From an uncultured delta proteobacterium (GTDB lineage: Bacteria; Myxococcota_A; Polyangia; Haliangiales; Haliangiaceae), in the NCBI GenBank assembly GCA_963848295.1, contig CAWKDB010000002.1, positions 864,001 through 928,000 of the forward strand: a stretch of DNA of 64,000 bases, in the 5' to 3' direction. Both the position numbers and the translations under genes were made by a program. Positions 31,661 to 42,212 of this stretch are shown here, piece after piece. Within the stretch, counting starts at the first letter, position 1. Each line of letters opens with the position of its first letter. A model generated the notes under the pieces. It did not search any database, was not told where the DNA came from, and saw only the letters and a program-made list of their open reading frames with translations.

Positions 31661-32500
31661 ATGCCGGGGGTGCAGCCACAGCGCTGGGGTGCCGCGATGA
31701 GCGATGCGCGCGTCATCCCGGCCGAGCGCTTCCTGTTGCGCGCGGTCGGCCGCACCGATGTCGGCGCGCAGCGGACACAAAACGAAGACGCGATGTACTA
31801 CGACGACTTCCTCGGCGTGTACGTCGTCTGCGACGGCATGGGGGGGCACGCGTCGGGGCAGGTCGCCTCGGACATCGCGATCCGCACCATCGTCCATTCA
31901 CTCAAGACCGGCGATCCGCAACCACCTCCGGGTGTGGATCCGCTCGTCGTCGCGATGAAGGCGGCGAACGCCGCGGTCTATCAGCGCGGGCTCACCGATC
32001 CGGCGTGCCACGGGATGGGCACGACCGCGGTCGGCTTGCGGTTCGAAGAGAATGTCGTCCACGTCTGCCATTGCGGCGACTCGCGCGCGTATCTGTTGCG
32101 CAACGGCATGCTGTCTCAGCTCACGCGCGATCACTCGCTGCGCAATCTGTATCAAGACCGGCCCGATCTGGTGGGCACGCTCGGCCCGGCGACGTCGAAC
32201 GTGATCATTCGCGCGGTCGGGCTCGATGCGACGGTCGAGATCGAGCACAACGCGATGCCGCCCGAGCACAACGACGTCTATCTGTTGTGCTGCGACGGCC
32301 TCAACGACCTCGTCGACGACTGGATGATCCGAGAGATCATGACCTCGGGAGATTCGCTCGAAGTGGTAGCGGAAAACCTGATCCGCGCCGCCAACAACAA
32401 TGGCGGCACCGATAACATCACGGTCGTGCTGGCCCAGACGTTCGTCGATCCGCTGTGGGTCCCGGCGCACTCGTATCCTCAACCGATGCAGGGTTACTGA
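31661..32500 (+). CDS. PP2C-family Ser/Thr phosphatase
   Basis: TDVG..RTQNED, VCDGMGGH, GDSRAY, LCCDGL, GGTDNIT; alternative start 31697. Confidence 0.93.
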   Translation: MPGVQPQRWGAAMSDARVIPAERFLLRAVGRTDVGAQRTQNEDAMYYDDFLGVYVVCDGMGGHASGQVASDIAIRTIVHSLKTGDPQPPPGVDPLVVAMKAANAAVYQRGLTDPACHGMGTTAVGLRFEENVVHVCHCGDSRAYLLRNGMLSQLTRDHSLRNLYQDRPDLVGTLGPATSNVIIRAVGLDATVEIEHNAMPPEHNDVYLLCCDGLNDLVDDWMIREIMTSGDSLEVVAENLIRAANNNGGTDNITVVLAQTFVDPLWVPAHSYPQPMQGY

Positions 32501-33600
32501 TGCGGATCACGGCCATCGCGCTCGCTACGCTCGCGCTCGGCGGCTGCAATTCGCTGCTCGGGATCACCGACATCACGGTCGGCAGCGGCAGCGGCAGCGA
32601 CGGGGGGATGGGCAGGTGTCTCAACGCGCCGAACGACGGCGCACTGTTCATGGGCTGCCCGGCGGCGCCGACCGGCCAGCTCACGATCCAGGCGAACATC
32701 GACACCGACAACGATCCGGGCTGCGTCAAGATCGGCCAAGGCGCCGCCGCTCCGCTCGCGTGCATGATCGCCGCGAACTCGATCGTCGTGCCGACCGGCC
32801 ATCACTACGTATCCGGCGGCAACGTGCTCGTGCTCGTCGCCGCCACGACGATCGACGTCCAAGGGACGCTCGACGCTTCCGGATCTCCGACGACGACGCC
32901 AGTGACCGGCTCGGTGTGCAACAACGTCTCGGGCGGATCGTATGCCGCGACCGGCACCGGCGGTGGCGGTGGCGGCGGCGCGTTCGGCGATGCCAGCGGC
33001 ACCGGCGGAGCCGGAGGGACGGCGAACGCGGAGGGCGGCAATGGCGCCAGCTCGATCTCGTCGATCATCGTGGTCCGCGCGGGCTGTCCTGGTGCGCCGG
33101 GTGGCGCGTTCAATCCGTTCGGGACGACCTCGCTCGGCGGCGTTCCCGGCGGGGCGATCTACATGATCGCCGGCACGAGCGTCACGGTCGAAGCGTCCGG
33201 CATCGTGCTGGCGAACGGCGGCCCGGGCGGGGGCGCGGCGGCGAACGAAGGCGGCGGTGGCGGCGCGTCGGGTGGGCTCATCGGCTTCGACAGCTTGGTC
33301 GTCGACATCGAAGGTACGGTGACCGCGGATGGCGGCGGCGGTGGCGGCGGCGGCGGCGCGAACGATGGAGATAACGGCGGCACCGCGCAGGGCACGACCC
33401 ACGGCAACGGCTCGACGCCGGGTGGCAACGGCGGCGATGGCGAGGATGGCTTCACCTCGCCCGGGGATGGTGTCTCCGCGATGAACGGGTCCATGGGCGG
33501 CGGCGGCGGCGCGGGCGGATCGTACGGCGTCGCGTGGATCCACTCGCCGGCATCGAGCATCGGCGACGCGTCGATCGACCCGCCGCCGGTTCAGAACTGA
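32500..33600 (+). CDS. Gly-rich lipoprotein
   Basis: LGGC lipobox; GGGGG-rich repeats; start overlaps the phosphatase stop. Confidence 0.7.
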   Translation: MRITAIALATLALGGCNSLLGITDITVGSGSGSDGGMGRCLNAPNDGALFMGCPAAPTGQLTIQANIDTDNDPGCVKIGQGAAAPLACMIAANSIVVPTGHHYVSGGNVLVLVAATTIDVQGTLDASGSPTTTPVTGSVCNNVSGGSYAATGTGGGGGGGAFGDASGTGGAGGTANAEGGNGASSISSIIVVRAGCPGAPGGAFNPFGTTSLGGVPGGAIYMIAGTSVTVEASGIVLANGGPGGGAAANEGGGGGASGGLIGFDSLVVDIEGTVTADGGGGGGGGGANDGDNGGTAQGTTHGNGSTPGGNGGDGEDGFTSPGDGVSAMNGSMGGGGGAGGSYGVAWIHSPASSIGDASIDPPPVQN

Positions 33601-34548
33601 CCGGACAATGTCAGCCCGGCTTCGTGCTCGCTCGCGTGCGGAGCGATCGCGACGCCGCGCTCGGCCCATGACGGCGCGGTGACCCACAGGACGACGCCGG
33701 CGACCGCCGCAACCGCCCCGCCGACGACGAAGATCGTCGAGAGATTGCCGTCGCCGCGCGCGGTCGACGCGAGCGAGCTCGCCTGATCGGCCTTCGTCTG
33801 GTCCGGACAGACCGTGCCGCCGCAAACCGCCTTCGCGTCGGTCCACTTGCTGCTCGCGAGCGATCCGAACACCATGCCGGTGGCGACGGCGACACCACCT
33901 ACGATCGTGACCGCGATGCCGACCTTCTTGCGCGCGCTATGAGCCGGCACGAGGGTGGGCTGGGCGACGCCGATCGCGCCGTGCTGCGGTTGCTGCTGCT
34001 CGTGTGCCGCCCGCGCCGCGGCCTCGCCGGTCGGCTCGAGTCGGATCGAGATCGGCGTAGTGTTGCCGGCCACGCCTTCGATGTCCTTGTGCCACGGCTT
34101 GACGTCGGTGCCGCTCGCTTCGATCGCGTGAGAACCGCTGTCGACCGGTTGCTCCTTGCCGAGGTCGGCGGTGATGTCGCCCCCGTCGAGCGTGACGACC
34201 AGCCCCTTCGGCGGATCGACGACCTCGATCTTGAGCTTCGGCAGGCGCAGCCACAGCGCGTCGGCGAGCTTGGCCGACTTGCTCTGGCGCGCTCCGTTGG
34301 TGTCGTGATCGGCGAGGTCGCGATAGATCGCCCACGCCGTCGCGATCTTGCCGATCTTCTCGTCGCAATGCGCGATGTTGAACTGAGTGCCGAGCTGTGG
34401 ATCGAGGCGCTGGCTGTCTTCGAATGCGGCGCACGCCTCGGCAAACTTTCCAGCTTTGAGAAACTCGCGACCCTTCTTGAACGCGACATCAGCCGGGCTA
34501 GGCCCGGCGTGAGCGGTGGCGGCGGCGAGCACGCAGACCAGGAGGACG

Positions 34549-34577
<29 letters not shown>
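33591..34577 (-). CDS. TPR/PEGA-like membrane-associated protein
   Basis: Signal peptide; EACAAFEDSQRLDP..GTQFNIAHC; C-terminal hydrophobic segments ending LSGQF. Confidence 0.75.
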
Positions 34578-35985
<1,408 letters not shown>

Positions 35986-36083
35986 AGCGTTACACGCGCG
36001 CGTCACAGTCTCAACTCGGTTGAGGATTCGTCCACATGGCACGCTGCGTGGCACACGCACCTACACGAGGCTCGAGCCGGCGG

Positions 36084-36500
36084 TCAGCCCGCGGCGCGAC
36101 GCAGCTGCGCGGCCATGTCCGAAAACCGGCCGAGTCGCGCGTAGACCCGCGCGAGCCCCGACGCTACGCGCGCTTCGAACCCGGGGGTCTGACCGGCTTG
36201 TAGAAACGCCTCTTCAGCGCCGAAGAAATCGCCACCCATGACGAGCACGTCACCGAGAGTCGCGAGCATCGCCGCGGCCGAGATCCTCGAGCTCGCGCGA
36301 CCGAGGCCGGCGCGCAAGATCGTCTGTGCGCGGGGACAGTCGCCCGCCTTTGCAAGTGCGACGGCATACGCGACGCGCGCGTTGCCGAAGCTCGGCGCGA
36401 GCTCGAGTGCGGCGCGCAACGATTCTTGCGCGCTGTCGAGATCTCCATTGTCGAGCGCTTGCTTGCCGCGCTCGTAGTAGCGCCGCGCGACCGAGCTCAA
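36084..36500 (-). CDS. Tetratricopeptide repeat protein
   Basis: YYERGKQAL..GDLDSAQESLRAALELAPS; start overlaps the upstream stop. Confidence 0.75.
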   Translation of the reverse strand: MSSVARRYYERGKQALDNGDLDSAQESLRAALELAPSFGNARVAYAVALAKAGDCPRAQTILRAGLGRASSRISAAAMLATLGDVLVMGGDFFGAEEAFLQAGQTPGFEARVASGLARVYARLGRFSDMAAQLRRAAG

Positions 36501-37110
36501 TCCAGCTCCAGCAGCGAGAACCGCGCGGAGGCGTCGTCGCCGGTGCCTTCCGGTTTGTCAGGGCTTGGCGCCGCCGGCGCTGCTGAATTCGCCGGCGCCG
36601 GCGCGACGGGCGCGGCCGGAGCGGCAGCTGGTGGCACCGCGCCCCCGGGCGTCGCGGTCGGTGCACCGCGCATCGACAAGCCGCGCACCGGTGGCGGCGC
36701 TGCAAGAGGTGCAGCTGCCGGCGCGGGCGGCCGTTGCTGCAACGTGGTCTCGACCACGCGTACGCCGGCCGCCGGACGCGGCATCTCTGCGGCTTGCAGT
36801 GGCTGGCGCCCCGCGACGAGCGGCTGCATCACCCCGCCGACCCGAACGCTGACCGTGTCGCCGTCGACCGTGAACATCGCGAGCTCGGGGAAATCGAACC
36901 GGGTCTGCAGCGCACTGATCACCTGCGCGAACGTCTGGCCCTGCAGATCCGCGAGCGTCTCGGCCTGATGCACGAGCATCGGGGGGGGCCCTCGACGACG
37001 TACTCCTTGACCACGAACGTCAGGATCTCGAGCAGCGCTTCGCGACCCATCTCGGCAAACGCATCCCGCACGTTGCTGGCGAGGTCGCGAAGGTCGGGCC
37101 GAGAGGGCAT
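36497..37110 (-). CDS. Hypothetical protein; apparent frameshift in G8 run at 36981-36988
   Basis: MPSRPDLRD...EYVVEGPP joins PMLVHQAETL...RFSLLELD in the adjacent frame. Confidence 0.7.
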
Positions 37111-37125
37111 AGGCGAAGCGTATCG

Positions 37126-37806
37126 CTATAGCGTCGCGCCGTCGAGGTCGATGCCGTTGGTCTGACAACCGACAAACCGGACGCCGGTGAGGTCGGCGGT
37201 GCACAGGTTGACGCCGCGCAGATCGCACTTCACGAACGAAGCGCCGCGCAGGACCGCGCCGTACATATTGGCGCGCTTGAAGTCGACTTCGAACAGCGCC
37301 GCCCCGGTCCAGTCGGTGCGCGACAGCGACACGGTCGCTTGCTCGTAACCCTCGAACGCGACCTTGATCAGCACCGCGCCCGCGAAGTCAGCCGAGTACA
37401 GCTCGCTGTCTTTGAACGTCGTGTCTTGAATCCGCGCGCGATGGAATCGAACCCGAGCCATGCGCACCGGCCCGAGCTCGCAGCGCAGCAGCTGTGCGCC
37501 CGAGAAATCCAGCTCCGTCAGATCACAATCCTTCGCGCGCACGCGATTCCACAACGCGCCCTTCCACTGCGACGTGCGCAAGTCGCTCATCGTGAGCTCG
37601 GCGCGCTCGAGGCGCGAGTCGTCGGCATCGGCGCCGCGCAGATCGAGGCGATCGAGCGTCACGCCGTCGAGATCGACAGAGCGCAAGCCGACCGACGGCG
37701 CCGCGAAGCCCGCGACCGTGCGGCCGGCGAGCTCGTTCTCGGCGACCAGCCGTTCGAGCTGCACGCGCGATTGCACGACGCCGGCGTCTGCGCTGGTGTC
37801 ACTCAC
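37126..37806 (-). CDS. Pentapeptide repeat protein
   Basis: Periodic xDLxx/xDFxx units (LDLRGADAD, ADFAGAVL, CDLRGVNL). Confidence 0.85.
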   Translation of the reverse strand: MSDTSADAGVVQSRVQLERLVAENELAGRTVAGFAAPSVGLRSVDLDGVTLDRLDLRGADADDSRLERAELTMSDLRTSQWKGALWNRVRAKDCDLTELDFSGAQLLRCELGPVRMARVRFHRARIQDTTFKDSELYSADFAGAVLIKVAFEGYEQATVSLSRTDWTGAALFEVDFKRANMYGAVLRGASFVKCDLRGVNLCTADLTGVRFVGCQTNGIDLDGATL

Positions 37807-37824
37807 GATAGCGATCGTAGCGCG

Positions 37825-38463
37825 TTACGCGCGCCGCAACACGCCGTTGCGCATGAACCCATCGCGCAACGTCTCGCCGAGCATCGCCATCGCGCGCTCC
37901 TTGAGCTTCTCGATCATGTCGCGGCGCTGTTCCTCCGCCGCGACCCGGTCCGCGCCCGCATTCGCCGCTGCGCGGGTATCGGAGCTCGCGCTGCCTTGCT
38001 CTTCGGCCAGAACATCCGCTTCGACCGCCTCGGCTTCCGCTTCGTGCTCCTCGGCGAACGGCATCGCGCCCGCGCCGGAGGCTTTGCGATGGAGACCGCG
38101 CGCCTGCTGTGCGACGTGGGTGAGCTCGTGACCGAGCAGCGCTTGGCCGGACGCGGACGCCATCGACTTGTCGGGCGAGTTGCCCATCAAGATCATGCCG
38201 GTGCCACCGACCGTGACGGCGTACGCGTTGCGCTGCTTGTTGAACTCTTCGGCGAACTCGCCGGTGTAGATCCGGACGTGCGAGAGGTCGACGCCGAACC
38301 GCTTCTCGTAGCGCGAGCGCACGGTGTGATCGAGCGACTCGCCCTTGCCCGCGCGCTTCGAGATGATGCGCAGCAGACGCTCGGGATCGTACTTCTTCGC
38401 GAGCTCGTCGGTGAGGTCGGATTCAGGCGTGTCGCCCGGCTGCGCTTGATCGGAATCCGCCAC
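37825..38463 (-). CDS. DUF4157 (eCIS-associated metallopeptidase-like) protein
   Basis: RFGVDLSHVRIYTG..NAYAVTVG..LLGHELTHVAQQ..E.EA. Confidence 0.88.
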   Translation of the reverse strand: MADSDQAQPGDTPESDLTDELAKKYDPERLLRIISKRAGKGESLDHTVRSRYEKRFGVDLSHVRIYTGEFAEEFNKQRNAYAVTVGGTGMILMGNSPDKSMASASGQALLGHELTHVAQQARGLHRKASGAGAMPFAEEHEAEAEAVEADVLAEEQGSASSDTRAAANAGADRVAAEEQRRDMIEKLKERAMAMLGETLRDGFMRNGVLRRA

Positions 38464-38482
38464 TTGGTTCTACGATCTTACG

Positions 38483-38716
38483 CTAGGTGCCGTCGCCAGA
38501 TTCCCCCGACCCGCCGCCCTGCCACGTCGATACGTAACCCTCTGATTGTTCGTAGTATTCTGACGTCTTCTGCTGGTCGACGACCGCCGCATCGCCGCCG
38601 AGCGCCTGCTCGAGGAACTTGGTCTCGCCGAGGCAGCTGCCGCCCTTGACGCCCTTGATCTCGAACGTCACCTCGCCCTTCGCGTTGATGACGATCTCGA
38701 TGTCTTGCTTCCTCAT
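38483..38716 (-). CDS. DUF2997 family protein
   Basis: IEIVINAKGEVTFEIKGVKGGSC..LEQALG..TSEYY; ATGA overlap with DUF1257 gene. Confidence 0.82.
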   Translation of the reverse strand: MRKQDIEIVINAKGEVTFEIKGVKGGSCLGETKFLEQALGGDAAVVDQQKTSEYYEQSEGYVSTWQGGGSGESGDGT

Positions 38717-39120
38717 TCGCTCACCCACTTTCTGACGACGAGCCGGATCGAGCCGTCCTCCTCGTTGACCTCTTCTTCGACGGCGTAGCCCTTCTCTTCG
38801 CAGGCCTGTTTGACGTTGTGATACTGGTATTTTTGCGACAGCGTGTCCTTGAACTCGGCCTCCGACACGCCCTTGGTCGTCTCGACTCCCCACCAGTCGG
38901 CGACGATGTCGTAGGTGCCGTCCTGGTTGTCGACGACGCCGACGTCGTAGCGCCCCATGTCGATGCACATCGCGGCCTGCAGCTTGTCGCCGCGGTAGCC
39001 GCGCACGCTCACGGTCTGGCCTTGCTCGGCCTCGGTGAACTTGAGCTGCATGTCGGCGAGCGCCTTTTTGAGCGCCGCCAGGTTCGTCATCTTGAGAGCG
39101 CACTTCGTGAAATGCGACAT
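38713..39120 (-). CDS. DUF1257 (Ycf35-like) protein
   Basis: MSHFT..LKKALAD..GYRG..YDVG..YDIVADWW..QKY..GSIRLVVRKW. Confidence 0.85.
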   Translation of the reverse strand: MSHFTKCALKMTNLAALKKALADMQLKFTEAEQGQTVSVRGYRGDKLQAAMCIDMGRYDVGVVDNQDGTYDIVADWWGVETTKGVSEAEFKDTLSQKYQYHNVKQACEEKGYAVEEEVNEEDGSIRLVVRKWVSE

Positions 39121-39243
39121 TCGGTCGTCTCAGTATACGCAGTTTCCGGCGCGAGGCTCCCCGGGCGTCGGTACAGGTCGCGAGCGAGCTCAAACGAGCT
39201 GAGCGACACGCAACCGGTGCGGGGTGTGGCCGATAGCGGCGAC

Positions 39244-39906
39244 ATGCCGATGTCTCTCCACAGGGGCAGTTTCGATCGTGGATTCGATGCGTTTGTAGCC
39301 GCGACCCTCGGTGCCCTGCACCGCGAGCTGGAGGCGGTGGCTACGCGCTACGTCGAGCCGCGGCCAAACGTGGGAGCGCGGCGCGGCCTCTCGCTGGCGA
39401 TGTCGGCCGGCGAGAGCGCGTACGGATTCGCGATCGGAGCGATCGCGGCTGCGGTGATGCACGCCGCTCGCACGTGGCTCGGTGACGCGGCATCCACCAC
39501 CGCGGCGCACACGCTGGCCGAGCTGACCGAGCCGGCACCGCGCGCGGATCCACCACGTTATCTCGCCGACGCCGAGGCTCGGCCGCTCGTCGAACGGTTC
39601 GCCGCTCACGTATCGATGCGGTTAGCGACCGCGCGTCGCGACCTCGAACTGATTGCCGCCGCCGTCGTCGCCTCAGCGCCCGAGCGGTCGCGTGCGATCG
39701 CGATGATGTTCGATGAGCTGAGCCGCGACGGCCGGATCGCAGAGCGATTTCGCGGCGAGCTCGGAGCTGGGCTCAGTCACCTCGCTCTCGCCGTCGGCGA
39801 CGACTGCACGCCAGCGGCGAGCTCGGCGCTGTGGTGCGAGTGGTCGCGGCTCGTCCGCGGCAAGCGCGATCAAGGATCCAGACCATACATCGTCGTTGTC
39901 GGCTAG
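39244..39906 (+). CDS. Hypothetical protein
   Basis: Coherent ORF tail on the plus strand; start uncertain (39244 or 39250). Confidence 0.5.
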   Translation: MPMSLHRGSFDRGFDAFVAATLGALHRELEAVATRYVEPRPNVGARRGLSLAMSAGESAYGFAIGAIAAAVMHAARTWLGDAASTTAAHTLAELTEPAPRADPPRYLADAEARPLVERFAAHVSMRLATARRDLELIAAAVVASAPERSRAIAMMFDELSRDGRIAERFRGELGAGLSHLALAVGDDCTPAASSALWCEWSRLVRGKRDQGSRPYIVVVG

Positions 39907-40259
39907 CCGGGACGCCGGCGTGGGCAGCCGCCGGCGTGACTGAGCTGCCGCTCGGTGCGTGAGCCGCCAAAGCATCGCGCGGACTTGGTCGAGCCTGTGG
40001 TCGACGTGCGCGAAGTCGGCGGCCGAGATGTAGCGGCGCGCCTAGGCGACGCGGAGAACGGCGGTGAGCTCGCCGGCGCTGCCTGCGGCTCGGCGGCGAC
40101 CCATTGCAGACGTCGGTCGATCAACTCCGCGGCGGTCGTCGGCACACGTCGGCGGCCCTCAGCGCTCGGCGCGGGACGGGCGCGCGAGCGGCGCGAGGGC
40201 GAACGAACGCCGCCCACGAACCGACTGCGAGCGAGCCATCGTCGCCGCTGACTCCTGCC

Positions 40260-40330
40260 CGCCGCCGCTGCCGTCGCCGCTGCCGCTGCCGTTGCCGCTG
40301 CCGCTGCCGCTACCGCTACCGCTGTCGCTG
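40260..40330. repeat. Intergenic hexamer tandem repeat
   Basis: About 11 degenerate ccgctg units with no convincing host gene. Confidence 0.7.
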
Positions 40331-40387
40331 AGCCTGCCCCGCGACGGCCCCACACCTGCATTACCTCTCGCCCAAGAGGTGTGTGTC

Positions 40388-40540
40388 ATGCGCTCGTATC
40401 GAATCGCCGGCCTGATCGTTTTCATCGCGTTTGCTTCAGGATGCTTCTGGCACCACCGCCGCTATGATCGCGATCGCGACCGGCGCGTCGACGTGCGCGT
40501 GGTGCACCACGACGATCACCACGACGACCACGGGCGCTGA
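40388..40540 (+). CDS. Small His/Asp/Arg-rich lipoprotein
   Basis: GAGG upstream; MRSYRIAGLIVFIAFASGC lipobox; HHDDHHDDH. Confidence 0.6.
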   Translation: MRSYRIAGLIVFIAFASGCFWHHRRYDRDRDRRVDVRVVHHDDHHDDHGR

Positions 40541-40594
40541 CCTCGCGTAAGCGGGCGCGTCGATCGAGCGCGGGCGCTCGGTCGAGCAGATCGG

Positions 40595-42208
40595 CTACAG
40601 CTCGATCTTGCGATCGTCGTCGGAAGGCTCGGGGCCCTTGTCGCCGAGGTTCGCGGTCGGCGCGCCGTAGCGCGCCATCCAGCCGTCTTTCTTCGCCGAC
40701 TTTCCACCGCGAGACGACGCCATGCGCGCCCGGGTGCGAGCCCACTCGCGCATCTGCTCGATCATCTCGCGCATCGTGATCGCCAGCGGCACGATCTCGC
40801 CACATGTCTTCGCGAGCGCCTCGGTCGTCAGGTCGTTGCCGGTGTCGAACGCGTCGTACAACGCGGCGATCACCGCTTGCTCAAGCTCGGCGCCGGAGTA
40901 ATCGACCGTCGCGTCGATCAGCTTGTCCATGTCGAACTGGCCGGGGTCGCGCTTCTTCTTGCGCAGGTGAATGTCGAGGATCTGGCGGCGATCCTCGCGA
41001 TCCGGCAGGTCGCAGAAGAAGATCTCGTCGAACCGGCCCTTGCGCAGCAGCTCGGGCGGTAGCTGGTGGACGTTGTTCGCGGTCGCGATCACGAACACCG
41101 GCGTGGTCTTTTCCTGCAACCAGGTGATGAACGACGCGAACACGCGCGAGGTCGTCCCGCCGTCGGTCGAGCCCGACGACTGCGTCCCCGAGAAGCCTTT
41201 CTCCAATTCGTCGATCCACAGGATCGCCGGCGCGATCGCCTCGGCGGTCTTGATCACCGAGCGCATGTTCTCCTCGGAGGAGCCGACGAGGCCGCCGAAG
41301 ATCTTGCCGACATCGAGGCGCAGGAGCGGCATCTGCCACAGCGCGCCGACCGCCTTCGCGGTCAACGACTTGCCGGTGCCGGGCACGCCGATCAGCAAGA
41401 TGCCCTTCGGCAGCGGCAGGCCGAAGTCCTTCGCGCGCGAGCCGAACGCGCTGCGCCGCTTGACCAGCCAGTCCTTGAGGATCTCCATGCCGCCGACGTC
41501 GGAGAACTCTTCGCGATGCTCGTAGTACTCGAGCAGGCCGCTCTTGCGAATGATCTGCTTCTTTTCTTCCAGAATCGTTTCCAGATCGAATGTGTGGGTG
41601 CGCACGGCGCTCTTGGCGAACACGTTCTCCGCCTCGACCAACGTCAGGCCGAGCGCGCCTTCGACGACGTGCTCCATGAACGTCGGATCGCTCTCGATGA
41701 CTTGTTGAGTCGCGGCAGGGAGGTTCGGCAACACCTTGCGCGCCGCCTGCTCGATCTCGGAGCGATTCGGCAGCTCCCAGTCGAGCACCGCCGAGATGCT
41801 CTTCTCGAGCTCTGGGGGAATCTTCGTGACCGGCGACAGCACGAGCAAGCTCTTCTTGGTCTTGCGCAGCTCGGTCGCCGCGTCGCGCAGGCGGCGCACG
41901 ACCGCCGGCTCCTTGAGGAACGGATGGAAGTCGCGCAGCACGAACAAGGCGCGCCCTTCGCTGCGCAGCACGTGATCGAGCGCCTTCATCGGATCCTTGA
42001 CGTCGCGAGTGCCCTGCCCGTTCGCGATCGTCTTGAACCCCTCGGTGATCGACCAGACCTCGAGCCGCATCTCGCGCTCGACGCACAGCTTGCGCAGCGA
42101 TTCCTCGACGCGCTGCTCCTCGGGCGAGCTGATCCAGATCAGCGAATACCGCGCCTTGATCAGATCCTCGATCTCACTCTTGCTGCTGCGCTTGTGTTCG
42201 ATGGTCAT
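40595..42208 (-). CDS. Ycf46-type AAA+ ATPase
   Basis: LIKARYSLIWISSPEEQRV, DFHPFL, EEKKQIIRKSGLLEY, GVPGTGKS, WIDELEK, PPELLRKGRFDEIFF. Confidence 0.9.
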   Translation of the reverse strand: MTIEHKRSSKSEIEDLIKARYSLIWISSPEEQRVEESLRKLCVEREMRLEVWSITEGFKTIANGQGTRDVKDPMKALDHVLRSEGRALFVLRDFHPFLKEPAVVRRLRDAATELRKTKKSLLVLSPVTKIPPELEKSISAVLDWELPNRSEIEQAARKVLPNLPAATQQVIESDPTFMEHVVEGALGLTLVEAENVFAKSAVRTHTFDLETILEEKKQIIRKSGLLEYYEHREEFSDVGGMEILKDWLVKRRSAFGSRAKDFGLPLPKGILLIGVPGTGKSLTAKAVGALWQMPLLRLDVGKIFGGLVGSSEENMRSVIKTAEAIAPAILWIDELEKGFSGTQSSGSTDGGTTSRVFASFITWLQEKTTPVFVIATANNVHQLPPELLRKGRFDEIFFCDLPDREDRRQILDIHLRKKKRDPGQFDMDKLIDATVDYSGAELEQAVIAALYDAFDTGNDLTTEALAKTCGEIVPLAITMREMIEQMREWARTRARMASSRGGKSAKKDGWMARYGAPTANLGDKGPEPSDDDRKIEL

Positions 42209-42212
42209 GACA

